Below the pieces are notes generated by a model, which saw only the letters and a list, made by a program, of their open reading frames with translations, was not told the origin of the DNA and ran no database searches. This document shows, piece after piece, positions 1 through 10,469 of a DNA stretch of 64,000 nucleotides (within the stretch, counting starts at the first letter, position 1; the number at the start of each line of letters is the position of its first letter). Position numbers and translations under genes: made by a program. This DNA is from a virus (lineage: Duplodnaviria > Heunggongvirae > Uroviricota > Caudoviricetes): IMG/VR virus record IMGVR_UViG_3300020577_007233, positions 1 to 64,000 of that record. One strand, 5' to 3'.

Positions 1-575
1 CCAGGCCCAACTCCAACCTTTATGCACTTCGCTCCTGCATCCGCAAGATCGGCTGCCCCATCGCCAGTGGCAACATTGCCAGCTATAACGAAGACATTTT
101 CAATTTGACTAAGAGCTTCAACGGTTTCTATGCTTTGTTCCATATGACCGTGAGCAACATCCAAGCAGACAATCATTTGTGATGCTTCTGTTGGCTGATA
201 GTCTCGGGCGAGATTTCTTACAAACTCGACCCACTTATCCCCGCATCCGACACTAAAGGCAACTCTAGAGCAAAGCTTGTAAACCTCGTCTATCTCACCA
301 GCGAGTTCCGTAGGCGACTTGTAAAACCTGTGAAGTATCCCAAGGCCCCCTAGCCTAAACATAGCAGATGCCATATCCTTGCCGGTAACAGTATCCATAT
401 TGGAACTGATAATCGGGATATCAAGGCTAAGACCCTCGCCAAGACTAGTGTTCAATGAAATCTCTTCGTCATTTCGAGATTTGAACCTAGACCTTTGAGG
501 CTTAAGCAAAACGTCATTGAAAGTTAGCCACCGAGTTGGTTCGTACTCGTTGTTTGAAGAGTCAATGAATATCAT
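1..575 (-). CDS. IMP dehydrogenase/GMP reductase family protein without CBS domains (partial, runs off window start)
   Basis: Not in ORF track. Manual translation from ATG 575: LTFNDVLLKP...IPIISSNMDTVT...GGLGILHRF...CLDVAHGH...IAGNVATG...KVGVGPG, the hallmark GuaB/GuaC motifs. Confidence 0.9.
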   Translation of the reverse strand, partial: MIFIDSSNNEYEPTRWLTFNDVLLKPQRSRFKSRNDEEISLNTSLGEGLSLDIPIISSNMDTVTGKDMASAMFRLGGLGILHRFYKSPTELAGEIDEVYKLCSRVAFSVGCGDKWVEFVRNLARDYQPTEASQMIVCLDVAHGHMEQSIETVEALSQIENVFVIAGNVATGDGAADLADAGAKCIKVGVGP

Positions 576-588
576 TGATCAAAGCCTT

Positions 589-1026
589 TCACTCAGAAAC
601 AAGCTTGAGCTTGTTGATGGCTTCAGACTGCGCTGCGTTAGGAACGATAATGCCAGGCTGACTTGCGGCTTTTGCTCTCTCTTCTTGCTTCTTCTTGAGT
701 TCAACAAGAACTTCATTTGCCTTTTCCGCAAACTTCGCACAAGCTTCCGTTCGAGTTTTTGCTTCAATATCAAAGCGGATATCTTGCTGTCTAACGTCGA
801 TCAACATGGGCTTGCCATCAGGTCCAGGAGCATGAATGCCCACAGGAATCTGAAATACTCCAACAAACAAGAGTGTTGGACCTGTCTCTTGCATTTCTGC
901 CAATTGTTCAGCACTCGGAGCGGCAAGAGTTTCCGCATCAACAAGCCTCAACTCTTCTACTTTGTGGCCTTCTGGGGTGAAAAACTGTGTAACGGTCGTA
1001 ATCAGCATGATTGTATTTCCTTTCAT
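589..1026 (-). CDS. hypothetical protein
   Basis: 145-aa ORF fitting the minus-strand gene tiling. Confidence 0.7.
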   Translation of the reverse strand: MKGNTIMLITTVTQFFTPEGHKVEELRLVDAETLAAPSAEQLAEMQETGPTLLFVGVFQIPVGIHAPGPDGKPMLIDVRQQDIRFDIEAKTRTEACAKFAEKANEVLVELKKKQEERAKAASQPGIIVPNAAQSEAINKLKLVSE

Positions 1027-1038
1027 GGGAATATCGGT

Positions 1039-1992
1039 TCATCCAAGAGCAGCAAGATCTGAATCCACCATAAGCTTGCATAACTCTTTCATCGTTGTCT
1101 TTGGTTGCCACTTCAAATCGGCATACGCCTTTGATGAATCACCCAAAAGAAAATTCACTTCGGAAGGTCTGTAATACTTTGGGTCAATCACAACGTATTC
1201 TTCCCAGTTCAGCCCAACATACGAAAAAGCTTCTTCAAGGAATTCTCTTACACTGTGGCTTTTTCCTGTTGAAATGACGTAATCTTCTGGTTGATTTTTT
1301 TGAAGCATCATCCACATGGCTTCAACATACTCTTTTGCGTAGCCCCAATCTCTTTTGGCATCAAGATTTCCGAGCCTTAGTTCTTTCTGAAGACCCTTTT
1401 TGATGCGAGCAACAGCCTTGGTTATCTTTCTTGTAACAAACGTTTCGCCTCTTCTAGGGCTTTCATGATTAAAGAGGATACCGCTACAAGCAAACATACC
1501 ATATGACTCTCTGTAATTTCGAGTAAGATAGTGAGCGCATACCTTGCCGCAAGCGTATGGGCTTTGTGGAAGGAAAGCTGTTGTTTCAAGTTGCGGAGGC
1601 TCTGCTGCTCCAAACATCTCACTTGATGAAGCGTTGTAAATCTTCGAGTGAAGTCCCTGAGAACGAACTGACTCTAAAACATTGAGCGTACCCAATGCTG
1701 TTGACTCTACCGTATAAAGAGGGATCTCAAAACTTACCTTAACATGACTCATGGCCGCTAAGTGATAAATCTCATCTGGCTTGACTTGATACAAAACAGA
1801 CGAAATGCTAGTCTGATCAAGCAGATCTGCGAAATGAAGATTTGTCTTATCAAAGATGTGGTTTATGCGGTCTGTATTTATAGAACTTGACCGTCTTACT
1901 GTTCCGTGTACTTCGTAGCCTTTGGATAACAGCAGTTCTGCAAGATATGAACCATCTTGCCCGGTTATTCCGGTTATTAGGGCCTTTTTCAT
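1039..1992 (-). CDS. gmd: GDP-mannose 4,6-dehydratase
   Basis: [59 protein letters not shown]; AAGGAG SD upstream of ATG 1992. Confidence 0.97.
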   Translation of the reverse strand: MKKALITGITGQDGSYLAELLLSKGYEVHGTVRRSSSINTDRINHIFDKTNLHFADLLDQTSISSVLYQVKPDEIYHLAAMSHVKVSFEIPLYTVESTALGTLNVLESVRSQGLHSKIYNASSSEMFGAAEPPQLETTAFLPQSPYACGKVCAHYLTRNYRESYGMFACSGILFNHESPRRGETFVTRKITKAVARIKKGLQKELRLGNLDAKRDWGYAKEYVEAMWMMLQKNQPEDYVISTGKSHSVREFLEEAFSYVGLNWEEYVVIDPKYYRPSEVNFLLGDSSKAYADLKWQPKTTMKELCKLMVDSDLAALG

Positions 1993-2002
1993 TGGTTGCT
2001 CC

Positions 2003-2350
2003 TTAAAGGCAGAAATCATCGTCCCTGAGTTCGTCTTCTAGTTCTTCTGGAAAGATAAAAGCCTCGTCTGGAATTTTGCGTTCCGGCGGAGGCTGCATAG
2101 TGTAATGATGACCGTCAGGTTTGATATCTACTGTAAACTTGATTTGACAGTCTTTCAAGATGTTTTCTATCATTGGAGCGCTTATGGGTTCGATGATAAT
2201 TTCTTGTTCGATCCTCTTTACCTGAGTAACGTTTATGATAGCATAGATTTGTTCCATTTCCATGCCAATTAACTTCTGCGGCTTAACCTTCTTCTTTCTG
2301 CGCGTTACCTTCTTCGTTTTAGCTTCTGTCTTTTTGGTGGTCTTTTTCAT
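2003..2350 (-). CDS. hypothetical protein, Lys-rich N-terminus
   Basis: 115-aa ORF with AGGAG SD. Confidence 0.7.
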   Translation of the reverse strand: MKKTTKKTEAKTKKVTRRKKKVKPQKLIGMEMEQIYAIINVTQVKRIEQEIIIEPISAPMIENILKDCQIKFTVDIKPDGHHYTMQPPPERKIPDEAFIFPEELEDELRDDDFCL

Positions 2351-2425
2351 GTACGCTTCTCTCCTGAACGAGGTTATTACAAGTTTCGGAGATATGTAAG
2401 TCTAAGAAGCGCGTTTCACCAAATA

Positions 2426-3106
2426 CTAAGGAAGTCTGGGATTGAATCCAGAGCGCTTTCTGCGCTCATAGGTTCTACCATCCGTCGTATAGAAGGACTC
2501 GTTACGAATATGAAGAGGGTCTTTTCCTGTATAGTTGACCCAATCATGCCGTATAATGACGTTATCTATGTAAACAGCCTTGTTCAAGGCATAAACAGAG
2601 TCATGGAACTCATTATCGCAATATAAGCTAACGTAGCTCGGATGGTAAATGTATCCAAAATGGTCATACATAGGCTTTCCCATTATAGAAAGGGTTATCA
2701 GTCTCTGCCCAACCCTTCCATCATTGTAATGCAAAGCGCCGTTAAGATCCGGATAAAATCTCATCATATCGTTGAAGATAATCTTGTCATAGCCATTCTG
2801 AACCGGAGTCATATCGTCGCTAGCCAAAAGAAGAATCTTCCAATCGCTATGATGGTGCATATCCGCATTTATGGCTTCAACCTTACTTTTGGAGTTGCCA
2901 TAATAGAAAAAGACGTTATGATGCCCATTTGCAGGACCAAGCCACCACTTCATGTCATCATTGTTCATTGTACTATCATCAGCATCCATAGACACAACAA
3001 ACTTGACTTTCAATTCGCCTGAAAGCATAGTGTAATATCTGTCAAACTGATTACGGAACTTATCAGGTCTTCCTCTGGTTGGTATTTTGATTAAAAGATC
3101 AAACAT
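2426..3106 (-). CDS. GT-A fold glycosyltransferase (GT2-like)
   Basis: IKIPTRGRP N-terminus, SDD (DxD-like) motif, YCDNE. Confidence 0.75.
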   Translation of the reverse strand: MFDLLIKIPTRGRPDKFRNQFDRYYTMLSGELKVKFVVSMDADDSTMNNDDMKWWLGPANGHHNVFFYYGNSKSKVEAINADMHHHSDWKILLLASDDMTPVQNGYDKIIFNDMMRFYPDLNGALHYNDGRVGQRLITLSIMGKPMYDHFGYIYHPSYVSLYCDNEFHDSVYALNKAVYIDNVIIRHDWVNYTGKDPLHIRNESFYTTDGRTYERRKRSGFNPRLP

Positions 3107-3107
3107 T

Positions 3108-3560
3108 TTACACCCCTGCTACGCCAAAATGAGCAACAAAATCTGAACATACTGCATAAACTGGTTTTTGCTTCCAATTTATGATATCGTCTAAGGATAA
3201 CAATGGAATAACAGATCTTATTGTTGCTTCTTGTAAATTATGAGACCAGACCAACTTGGTATTAGCTATTGCAACGTGGTTCTCTTTTTCATGATAGAAA
3301 AGCCTCAAATCACTATCAATAAGATTGTCCATAGCAGCAAAGTTCTTTGTGTGAATCCAAAGTCTATCTTTGCGATCCAACAACCATTGCTTATCAACAG
3401 GATACTGAGGCCCATCATGACCTAGATAAAGTTGGTCCGTAAACCAAACATCAATTTCCACATCATACCCGGCATCAATAGCTTTTTGTATGTATTCGGT
3501 CTTGTTTTCTTCAGAAGGGTTTAGCCCCCTGATATTGCCTCTGTGAGAAATGATTACCAT
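3108..3560 (-). CDS. GDPD/PI-PLC-like phosphodiesterase-fold protein of the type seen in capsule loci
   Basis: ISHRGN...EN...GYDVEIDVW...LYLGHD...LWIHTKN. Confidence 0.8.
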   Translation of the reverse strand: MVIISHRGNIRGLNPSEENKTEYIQKAIDAGYDVEIDVWFTDQLYLGHDGPQYPVDKQWLLDRKDRLWIHTKNFAAMDNLIDSDLRLFYHEKENHVAIANTKLVWSHNLQEATIRSVIPLLSLDDIINWKQKPVYAVCSDFVAHFGVAGV

Positions 3561-3571
3561 AAATGTCCTTT

Positions 3572-3919
3572 CTAGATTTCTTCAATACGCTTAGCTTTAT
3601 CGTCAATTATCAGATCATATAACGGCTTCTTGTCGCCCATTTCAAGTTTATGAAACTTAGCGCCCCATCTCTGTAGCTGAGAAATAGTAAGCTCCCTCAA
3701 ATAAGTAAGCCTTTCTTTATTGTTCGGCTGAGAACTTCCTCTGGCCGTCCAATAAACGACTATCCAACCATCATCATATAGCTTGTTGATTTTTGCAATA
3801 TTAGCATAACTTGGAACGGCGTTTTCATACACTCTTTCGCCGTCAAAAAAGCATATTGTTTCGTCTATGTCAACAAACGCCGTTGGAACCTCATTGTTTT
3901 TTTGATGCGCTTCTAGCAT
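3572..3919 (-). CDS. minimal HAD-superfamily phosphatase (capsule biosynthesis type)
   Basis: VDIDETIC motif I, WTARG, KP...IDDK. Confidence 0.85.
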   Translation of the reverse strand: MLEAHQKNNEVPTAFVDIDETICFFDGERVYENAVPSYANIAKINKLYDDGWIVVYWTARGSSQPNNKERLTYLRELTISQLQRWGAKFHKLEMGDKKPLYDLIIDDKAKRIEEI

Positions 3920-4736
3920 TATAAGCCGTCCAGTAATCAAAACTCCTGACAAGATCATGATGATTCCGAATCTTTTGAGGAGATCTCATAATCATTTGCC
4001 AAGCTTCAAATGTTTGCACTTCTTCTGGTGTTCCAAAAACAGTTACAAAGTCAGTTGGATATGCATGAACGTTTAATCCATCCTTGATAAGGAGATTGTA
4101 GACAAGCGTAACGTAAAACTCGCCTTTGTAATTGATGTCAAGATCCATTAACTTTTGAAAGTATTCACGAACGTACCTGCCCTTTTTGAAGTAGTAAGTC
4201 CCTGTTGAACCATGTTCGTTCCAAAAGTTATCAGAATACGGCTCTTTCTCTTTGATTTCTAGAACTTTCTGATTCTCGTCTTTGATATGAGCCATAAACG
4301 TTGGACTCAAACGATGAGGATGAAATCCAATATGACTTAGTATGCACCCATCGCTATCATTGTCTTTGACCCACTTTTTGAAATGCTCGTAATCCCAAAG
4401 ATAGGGGTTATCGCAGTAAGAGATAATAACCTCTTCATCATCTTTGACTGTGTTCATTACGCCAGAATCAAGAACTGTAAATACCGGACCTTTTTTGTGA
4501 GGAGCAATAGTAAGTATTTCGCAGTTAGGGGAAAGCTCCTTGAGAACTTGCCTCATTTCCGTAGTTTCTAAGTGAGTCGCATTGCATATGAACACAAAGT
4601 CGTCTTTAGGATCAAACATCTCGTAGATATACTCAATGATCCTTTTGCCGTTGACTCGAATAAGAGGTTTAGGATCTGCATAGCCCGCTCTTACGAAACG
4701 GTCGCCAGTGCCAGCCATAGGAATGATTACTTTCAT
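3891..4736 (-). CDS. sugar-phosphate nucleotidyltransferase (NTP_transferase family)
   Basis: IIPMAGTGDRF...PKPLI, YCD, GEFYV, FGTPEE. Confidence 0.88.
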   Translation of the reverse strand: MKVIIPMAGTGDRFVRAGYADPKPLIRVNGKRIIEYIYEMFDPKDDFVFICNATHLETTEMRQVLKELSPNCEILTIAPHKKGPVFTVLDSGVMNTVKDDEEVIISYCDNPYLWDYEHFKKWVKDNDSDGCILSHIGFHPHRLSPTFMAHIKDENQKVLEIKEKEPYSDNFWNEHGSTGTYYFKKGRYVREYFQKLMDLDINYKGEFYVTLVYNLLIKDGLNVHAYPTDFVTVFGTPEEVQTFEAWQMIMRSPQKIRNHHDLVRSFDYWTAYNARSASKKQ

Positions 4737-6214
4737 AGTGTTTGCCTGTGTTTTTCTGATTCAAGACCAAGAATCATCTTAATTTGAGTATCGGTCAAAT
4801 ATCTGATTTTGCCAAGCTTAGAACCAACAATATTGATATAGTTGTGAGCAGCAATGGTCTCTTTTTTGTTGACATTGTTGAAAAAAACAGCAGCATCTGG
4901 AAAGGCAAATCCGGTATTAGATTCTCTTCCAGCAAAGAGAATGTCAAACTCTTCAGTTCCCTCTTGATTTTTGATATACTTCTTTGCAATATCATTGATT
5001 TCATTTACAAGAGAAATCGCTTCGTCAAGAGAGTCGCTTGATACTACTATGCCATGATTCTCAAGGAAATAGACGTTCTTATTCAAATCACTCTTTCGAA
5101 ACACTTCAAACAGATCATAACCAGGAGTTACATACGGTATGTACTCGTACTTCATGTGTCCCCAAAGGGTATCTGCAATTTGTTTCGAGTTTTCAAGGCA
5201 AAGCAAAGTGGTTGGATAAATAGAGTGAACATGAATAACGTACTTCTTTAGAAGCAAATGGAATCCAACCTCCATCGAAGGTATCTTATGTTTCATTCCA
5301 ATTCTCTTCAAGATAAGACTTAGCTGAACTTCGCTCAAGGAGTTGAGGATTTGTCTTGAGTCTGTTGGATGAATTATGGAATAGCCATTAAGACAATTGA
5401 TGTCTTTGATGTCGTATCCTGAAGCTTTTATGATCATGAAATCGCCAGTCTTGACGGAGATGTTACCTCCTCCGTTCTGACACATTTCAATGCTTTGCCC
5501 AATGACCTCCGAAGCCTTTGTGAAATCTTTGAAATCGCAAAGATACGTTCGTATAAACTCCAATAGACCTCTTGGAACAGTCTTGTTAGTGTTTCGTTTT
5601 ATTGAAACAGAAATGTCTACAGATTCGTGCTTATCTCCAAGATTCTTGATCTGAGAAATGGCATCTATTTTGACGACTATATCAGCAAGACTAATCTGCT
5701 TCTCTTTCAGCATGGCGGTATCGTGACTACGCTTCTTGATTATTTCAAGAACGTCATTGTACTTATAGCCTCTTTGCTCCGTATCTCTAATAAGCTTCCA
5801 ATGAGTTACTATGTTCTTGTCAACATCAACAAAGATTTTCAGATCTATAAGAGCATTGCTAATGTCTGTATAGAAAGCGTGAAGTCCTTCAACAACAATG
5901 ATTGGCTTGGCCTCTAGTTTTACGGGAGCATTAAACCATCCGCTCTTGTGGTTATAGCTGGACCTCCATATAGGCCTACCGTTTGCAAGAGTTTCTAAAT
6001 GACTATCTCCAAGTTCTAGATTATTAGCGATGGGATTTAGATGAGTAACGCCGCTCCACATTGGATTATGTCTTTCCCATTTATGAAGATCGTCCGTACT
6101 AATTGCTAGTATGTTTTCCTCACCAAAGAACAAAGAGATAATGTTAGCCATTGTGGACTTGCCCACACCGGACTCGCCTGATATACCAATAATGAAGGGC
6201 TTTTGTTGTGTCAT
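4733..6214 (-). CDS. phosphoribulokinase/uridine-kinase-like domain fused to class II aldolase/epimerase domain
   Basis: N-term IGISGESGVGKST, DDLH, VEGLH; C-term GGGNISVK, KASG, PSME..FH, HVH, LENHG. Confidence 0.85.
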   Translation of the reverse strand: MTQQKPFIIGISGESGVGKSTMANIISLFFGEENILAISTDDLHKWERHNPMWSGVTHLNPIANNLELGDSHLETLANGRPIWRSSYNHKSGWFNAPVKLEAKPIIVVEGLHAFYTDISNALIDLKIFVDVDKNIVTHWKLIRDTEQRGYKYNDVLEIIKKRSHDTAMLKEKQISLADIVVKIDAISQIKNLGDKHESVDISVSIKRNTNKTVPRGLLEFIRTYLCDFKDFTKASEVIGQSIEMCQNGGGNISVKTGDFMIIKASGYDIKDINCLNGYSIIHPTDSRQILNSLSEVQLSLILKRIGMKHKIPSMEVGFHLLLKKYVIHVHSIYPTTLLCLENSKQIADTLWGHMKYEYIPYVTPGYDLFEVFRKSDLNKNVYFLENHGIVVSSDSLDEAISLVNEINDIAKKYIKNQEGTEEFDILFAGRESNTGFAFPDAAVFFNNVNKKETIAAHNYINIVGSKLGKIRYLTDTQIKMILGLESEKHRQTL

Positions 6215-7113
6215 TCTAGCATACCTGTTTCTCTGAGTAACTTTTCTGTTGCTTCCATTCGTCGCTTACAGTCGTCTTCGCCCAAGAAATGCTTAAATGG
6301 CCTTACGGCATGCAGGTTCTTGTATTGACCTGCTTTTAGCCTTTCTTCATCAACAGTATATGCGACTCTTTCATCATCATACATTGACGAGTGTACATGA
6401 TTCCCGTCAGTCCTTCCAACTCCGCTCTTAAGGAAGAATCCTCTAAAGTTAACTCTGCCCTCAAAGATACCCTTTCTCAGCGCTCTTGTTGACCTAAGCT
6501 CTTCTGCGCACCATAGATTGTGTTGTTCTATAGGATCGCATTGTCTATAGCCTCTTGTTCCGTTGTATTGCTTACTCTCAACAATATGACGTATGCTCGC
6601 CTCGAATGAATCTTCTATAGAGAGAGCATTCTTCATCATATGGCCTTTTGCAACATGATACTGAGCAGGTAGATTAGTGTCATGTCCCAGGTCTTTTTGA
6701 TTTTGTGGCGTAATGATCTTATTTGCCCAACCGTAAACAGTACCATTTAGTTGAGTTATACCATCTGCGTCAAGGTGGAGATAGTAGTCTTCAGGATAAC
6801 TGGCGATATCAGTTGTAAGCCAATCAGTAGCCAATGGGTACATATCCATGTCCCCAATAATCCAAGTTGTATCTGGCTCCGTCGTTGTATGGAAAAACTT
6901 ACTCCAAGTGATCTGTATAAGCAAAGGCCACTGCTCCATGATTGGCATTTCGATAACCTTGCCATACTCTTCGCTCATATCAACTTTGTTTCTGTCTCCA
7001 AAAAAGAGACAAACTGGTTCTATGCCCAGTTTCGTCTTCCATACCTTTGCGTTCAGATTCCAGAAAACACTAAAAGTCTCAGAGCTTGAAAAGACAACCT
7101 TATTTATCTTCAT
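6211..7113 (-). CDS. uncharacterised putative glycosyltransferase, paralog of 7996-8898
   Basis: KVVFS, EPDTTWIIGDMDMYPL (DxD), LPAQYHVAKG shared with the neighbouring paralog. Confidence 0.6.
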   Translation of the reverse strand: MKINKVVFSSSETFSVFWNLNAKVWKTKLGIEPVCLFFGDRNKVDMSEEYGKVIEMPIMEQWPLLIQITWSKFFHTTTEPDTTWIIGDMDMYPLATDWLTTDIASYPEDYYLHLDADGITQLNGTVYGWANKIITPQNQKDLGHDTNLPAQYHVAKGHMMKNALSIEDSFEASIRHIVESKQYNGTRGYRQCDPIEQHNLWCAEELRSTRALRKGIFEGRVNFRGFFLKSGVGRTDGNHVHSSMYDDERVAYTVDEERLKAGQYKNLHAVRPFKHFLGEDDCKRRMEATEKLLRETGMLE

Positions 7114-7999
7114 CGTATTCCTCCTCTTCTAACTGGAATACACTCTTATACTTTCTGTTTCCTATCATGGCAGGGAAACGGCTAAAAGCGGAATACCTGT
7201 TCGATGTAACGTTTATAGCGCTTTTTGTCATTGTCGCAATGTCAAAGTATGTTTGCTGCCACTTCTCAAGACCATTAGGAATTGTTACCAAATTCTTGCC
7301 TTTTGAAAGCAGATAGTCTACGAATTCTTGTTTCTTTTCGTCTTGGTCTCCGCAAAGGAAAAAGTGATCGTACCTATCGCAAAAAACGTCAAGACACTTA
7401 TATGTTAGAGCGTTTAACTCTTCAATTTCGTTAGCATGAATGTGCATGCCGTCTATTTCTCCGCCCCTAACCTTGTCCCCTCTGCGAATATGAAAAGATG
7501 CAAACCTATCAGGAAGCTTAGAAAGATGTTCGTTAATCTCGTCGCAAAAACCAAACTCACCAGCAATGGAGTCAACCACTTTTTGAAACTCATTGAATGT
7601 TGAAATCTTGTCTTTGCAATAAGACATCCAGAATCTCTTAGGATCAGTTCCGCCTCCCAAGGCCCACTCAAACGTCGAATAATTCAAACGAATCAAACGA
7701 AGTTCTTCTTGATTAATGATCCAGTCCTTTGTTTTGTAGCCCTCGACTACAACATAAGGCTCAACCCTTACATTGCTAGGAAACTTTATGTACCTCTTAA
7801 CATTCTCAAGTTGAGAATCAACGTAACGGAACGAAGGGTCTAGGCTTCTTGTTTCTTGCTTTTCGTGTCCCCTGTAAATGGTCCAAGTCAATAGCAAATT
7901 CGACTCATGCAATCTAGCATAAGCCGCCATAAACAGTATATCAGAAAGCCTATCACCAAGACCGCTTTCTGTTGGTTTTGTCCAATAGATTGTTCTCAT
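7100..7999 (-). CDS. fucosyltransferase-like GT-B protein (GT11/GT23-like)
   Basis: SGLGDRL, FHIRRGDK GDP-fucose-binding motif, SAFS. Confidence 0.75.
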   Translation of the reverse strand: MRTIYWTKPTESGLGDRLSDILFMAAYARLHESNLLLTWTIYRGHEKQETRSLDPSFRYVDSQLENVKRYIKFPSNVRVEPYVVVEGYKTKDWIINQEELRLIRLNYSTFEWALGGGTDPKRFWMSYCKDKISTFNEFQKVVDSIAGEFGFCDEINEHLSKLPDRFASFHIRRGDKVRGGEIDGMHIHANEIEELNALTYKCLDVFCDRYDHFFLCGDQDEKKQEFVDYLLSKGKNLVTIPNGLEKWQQTYFDIATMTKSAINVTSNRYSAFSRFPAMIGNRKYKSVFQLEEEEYDEDK

Positions 8000-8898
8000 C
8001 TAAGCATCCCGGAGAGATCAATTATCCTTTCAAGAGCCGCAGCTTGCAGTGCATAAGGGCGAACTTGACAACAGTGAATGTCAACTATTTTCCCCTCTGC
8101 TACAAAGTTGGGACGGTAATGATAGTCGTTTCTGCCCTTATCCCATTCCCAAATACGCTCCGCCATAGTGAAGTTAATGCCATCATAGAACACCTTGTTG
8201 GCTTTTATGGCGTTATACATACACTCAGAAGTATAGTTTTCTTCAGCTAACCAGTACCACCAGAACTGTCCACAACCCTGGAATGGAGGAAGAACTTCGG
8301 TCTTCTTTTCTATAGGCCAATTTGAACCAAAGCCCATCCCGTATTTATCAGCTTGATAGATGCTTCTAACAACATCTTCAAACGATCTATTCTGAAAGTA
8401 AAGATTGTTGAAGCTATATCCCTTAGCAACATGATAGTGGGCAGGTAAGTCGCAACCGATATAGCCGCCCTGTCTGCCATGAACTTCTGAACCAAGCGCC
8501 GTAAAAGCGTCTGGTCGTCCGCACCTTGGCATAGCAATACCGCTGTTATTCAAACAGAGATAGTGGTCATCAGGATAGGGAGCTATCTTGGTTGTGAAAT
8601 GATGCTTCTGCAACGGAAGCAAGTCAATATCACCAATCATCCAGGTTGTTTCTGGTTCTGATATGGTGTGATAGAACTTGCTCATTGTTAACTGAATAGC
8701 CCAAGGAACATCAGGCAAAAGATCCATCTCAATGATCTTACCATATTCCTCATTCATGTCAGTATTTGCCTTCTTGCCAAAAAGAAGACATACTGGCTCG
8801 GCACCAAGGCCTAATCTACAGAGTTTGGAATGCATATTCCAATAAGAACTGTACAACGGAGGTTCCGACACCGAAAAAACCACTTTTTGTATACGCAT
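7996..8898 (-). CDS. uncharacterised putative glycosyltransferase, paralog of 6211-7113
   Basis: KVVFS, EPETTWMIGDIDLLPL, LPAHYHVAKG. Confidence 0.6.
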   Translation of the reverse strand: MRIQKVVFSVSEPPLYSSYWNMHSKLCRLGLGAEPVCLLFGKKANTDMNEEYGKIIEMDLLPDVPWAIQLTMSKFYHTISEPETTWMIGDIDLLPLQKHHFTTKIAPYPDDHYLCLNNSGIAMPRCGRPDAFTALGSEVHGRQGGYIGCDLPAHYHVAKGYSFNNLYFQNRSFEDVVRSIYQADKYGMGFGSNWPIEKKTEVLPPFQGCGQFWWYWLAEENYTSECMYNAIKANKVFYDGINFTMAERIWEWDKGRNDYHYRPNFVAEGKIVDIHCCQVRPYALQAAALERIIDLSGMLR

Positions 8899-8906
8899 GG
8901 ACTTCC

Positions 8907-9581
8907 TTACTTGATTTGATACCAATGAACTTCTTTGTCTTGTGGTCTTACAGGAATGAGTTCATAATTCAATCCATGTTTATCCCAATACTCATGCAAC
9001 GCTTTTCTAGCACCAGCAAGAGCGTAGTCGTCAACAATTACGAAGCCGCCTTTCTGTACCTTTGGGTGCAGGTATTCAAGACATACTCTTGTTGATTCAT
9101 ATAGGTCTCCGTCAAGTCTCAATAGAGAAATCTTCTCTATATTGTTGAACGGAAGCGTATCCTGGAACCATCCTTCAACAAAATGGTATCTACTCATATC
9201 AAGTCGCCATCTTGTTCCGATGTTATACTTGACTGACTCCAAAGAATGCGAAGTAACTCCGCTAGACTTGAGCAATTCTCTCAAGTCTCCTGGAACAGGC
9301 CTATTAGGGTCTAGTGGGCCGACACCTGGCTGATCCGTGTCATTGGGTCCAGCAAGAGGAATACCCCTATAACTGTCATAAGCGTAAATCTTCTTGTTTG
9401 AGCCAGTTGCCTGGCAGATATAGCCCATAACTCCGATTTGGGCACCAGCAGCCACGCCACACTCAACGAAATCTCCTTCGATGTTATTTCTAACGGCTCT
9501 TAGAGCCAAATCGTGAGTGTTTTGTATTGTGTCTTCATTAGAATAGGCTAAACTGGCATAAGGCTTCAATTCTGGTTGCAT
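8907..9581 (-). CDS. TylF/MycF-family SAM-dependent sugar O-methyltransferase
   Basis: EGDFVECGV, YDSYRG, GWFQDTLP, LLRLDGDLYEST, VDDY. Confidence 0.92.
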   Translation of the reverse strand: MQPELKPYASLAYSNEDTIQNTHDLALRAVRNNIEGDFVECGVAAGAQIGVMGYICQATGSNKKIYAYDSYRGIPLAGPNDTDQPGVGPLDPNRPVPGDLRELLKSSGVTSHSLESVKYNIGTRWRLDMSRYHFVEGWFQDTLPFNNIEKISLLRLDGDLYESTRVCLEYLHPKVQKGGFVIVDDYALAGARKALHEYWDKHGLNYELIPVRPQDKEVHWYQIK

Positions 9582-9594
9582 AAACTCTCCTTTG

Positions 9595-10469
9595 TTATCT
9601 CCATCCACAACTTTCTTCTATCTTTGTTATGATGGAACACTTTTCTTTGTTACCGTACTCATTATAGAAATCGGATATTTCTCGACTGGAAAAATAACCC
9701 CTAGAGGTACTACAGCCAGCGGCTCCGATGTAGTTTGTAAAATTGTCCCCCTTTTCTCTTACCATTTGAGGAATATCCTCCATATAAGCGTCAGTAACAA
9801 CTTTGTTGGCTGAACGATCATTTGGACCACCTAAGTGATTGATCAATACTGAATTCTGAAAGAGAGGCCAAACAGCATTCATAAGAAAGTCTTGATCATA
9901 GCCATATCTAGTATAGCCAGATTCCGTGTACATTCCTGTCATAAACGCATCAAGAGAGGGAGATCTTATCACCTCCAAAAACTTAGGAGAGTGGAAACCG
10001 CACATACCTCCCATAAGAGGGATACAGTGGCTAACATTGTCGGTTATGCCATGAACGGCTTTACGGCTTGATATAAACGACCTAACACACTGAAGCTGTC
10101 GAGGAGTTAAAATTGAATCAGCATCTCTACAAAAAACGTATTCGGTGTTTTCCCATACAGGAAGCATTCGCCACAGCATCATAGTGCATCTAAGTCTTTT
10201 TTGATAGAGTTTTCCTTCGTCAGGAACAACAATAACTCTAATAAGACCTTCATCTGCAAGCTTCTTTAGAACAGGACAGTAACCTTCGTTATTTAGTTCA
10301 TGATCGGTGTATATCCAAAAAGCCCAAGAATCATCCCAATACAAAGTAAAATGCTGTCGTATGTTGGCAAATCATCCCAATACAAAGTAAAATGCTGTCG
10401 TATGTTGGCAGCAAAGCCAGACGACCATTTCGCCTTGTCACCAAACATGGAGAAGCTATTAACTTTCAT
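9595..10469 (-). pseudogene. putative glycosyltransferase frameshifted by a 41-bp tandem duplication; paralog of 10466-11350
   Basis: Removing one repeat copy gives MKVNSFSMFGDKAKW...LYWDDSWAFWIYTD...WRMLP...RDADS...MGGMCG...DQDFL, colinear with the neighbour. Confidence 0.8.
10329..10410. repeat. perfect 41-bp direct tandem duplication
   Basis: aatcatcccaatacaaagtaaaatgctgtcgtatgttggca at 10329-10369 and 10370-10410. Confidence 0.97.

Noticed and set aside
10329-10410. CRISPR array
   Set aside because: Two adjacent copies with no spacer, inside a coding region
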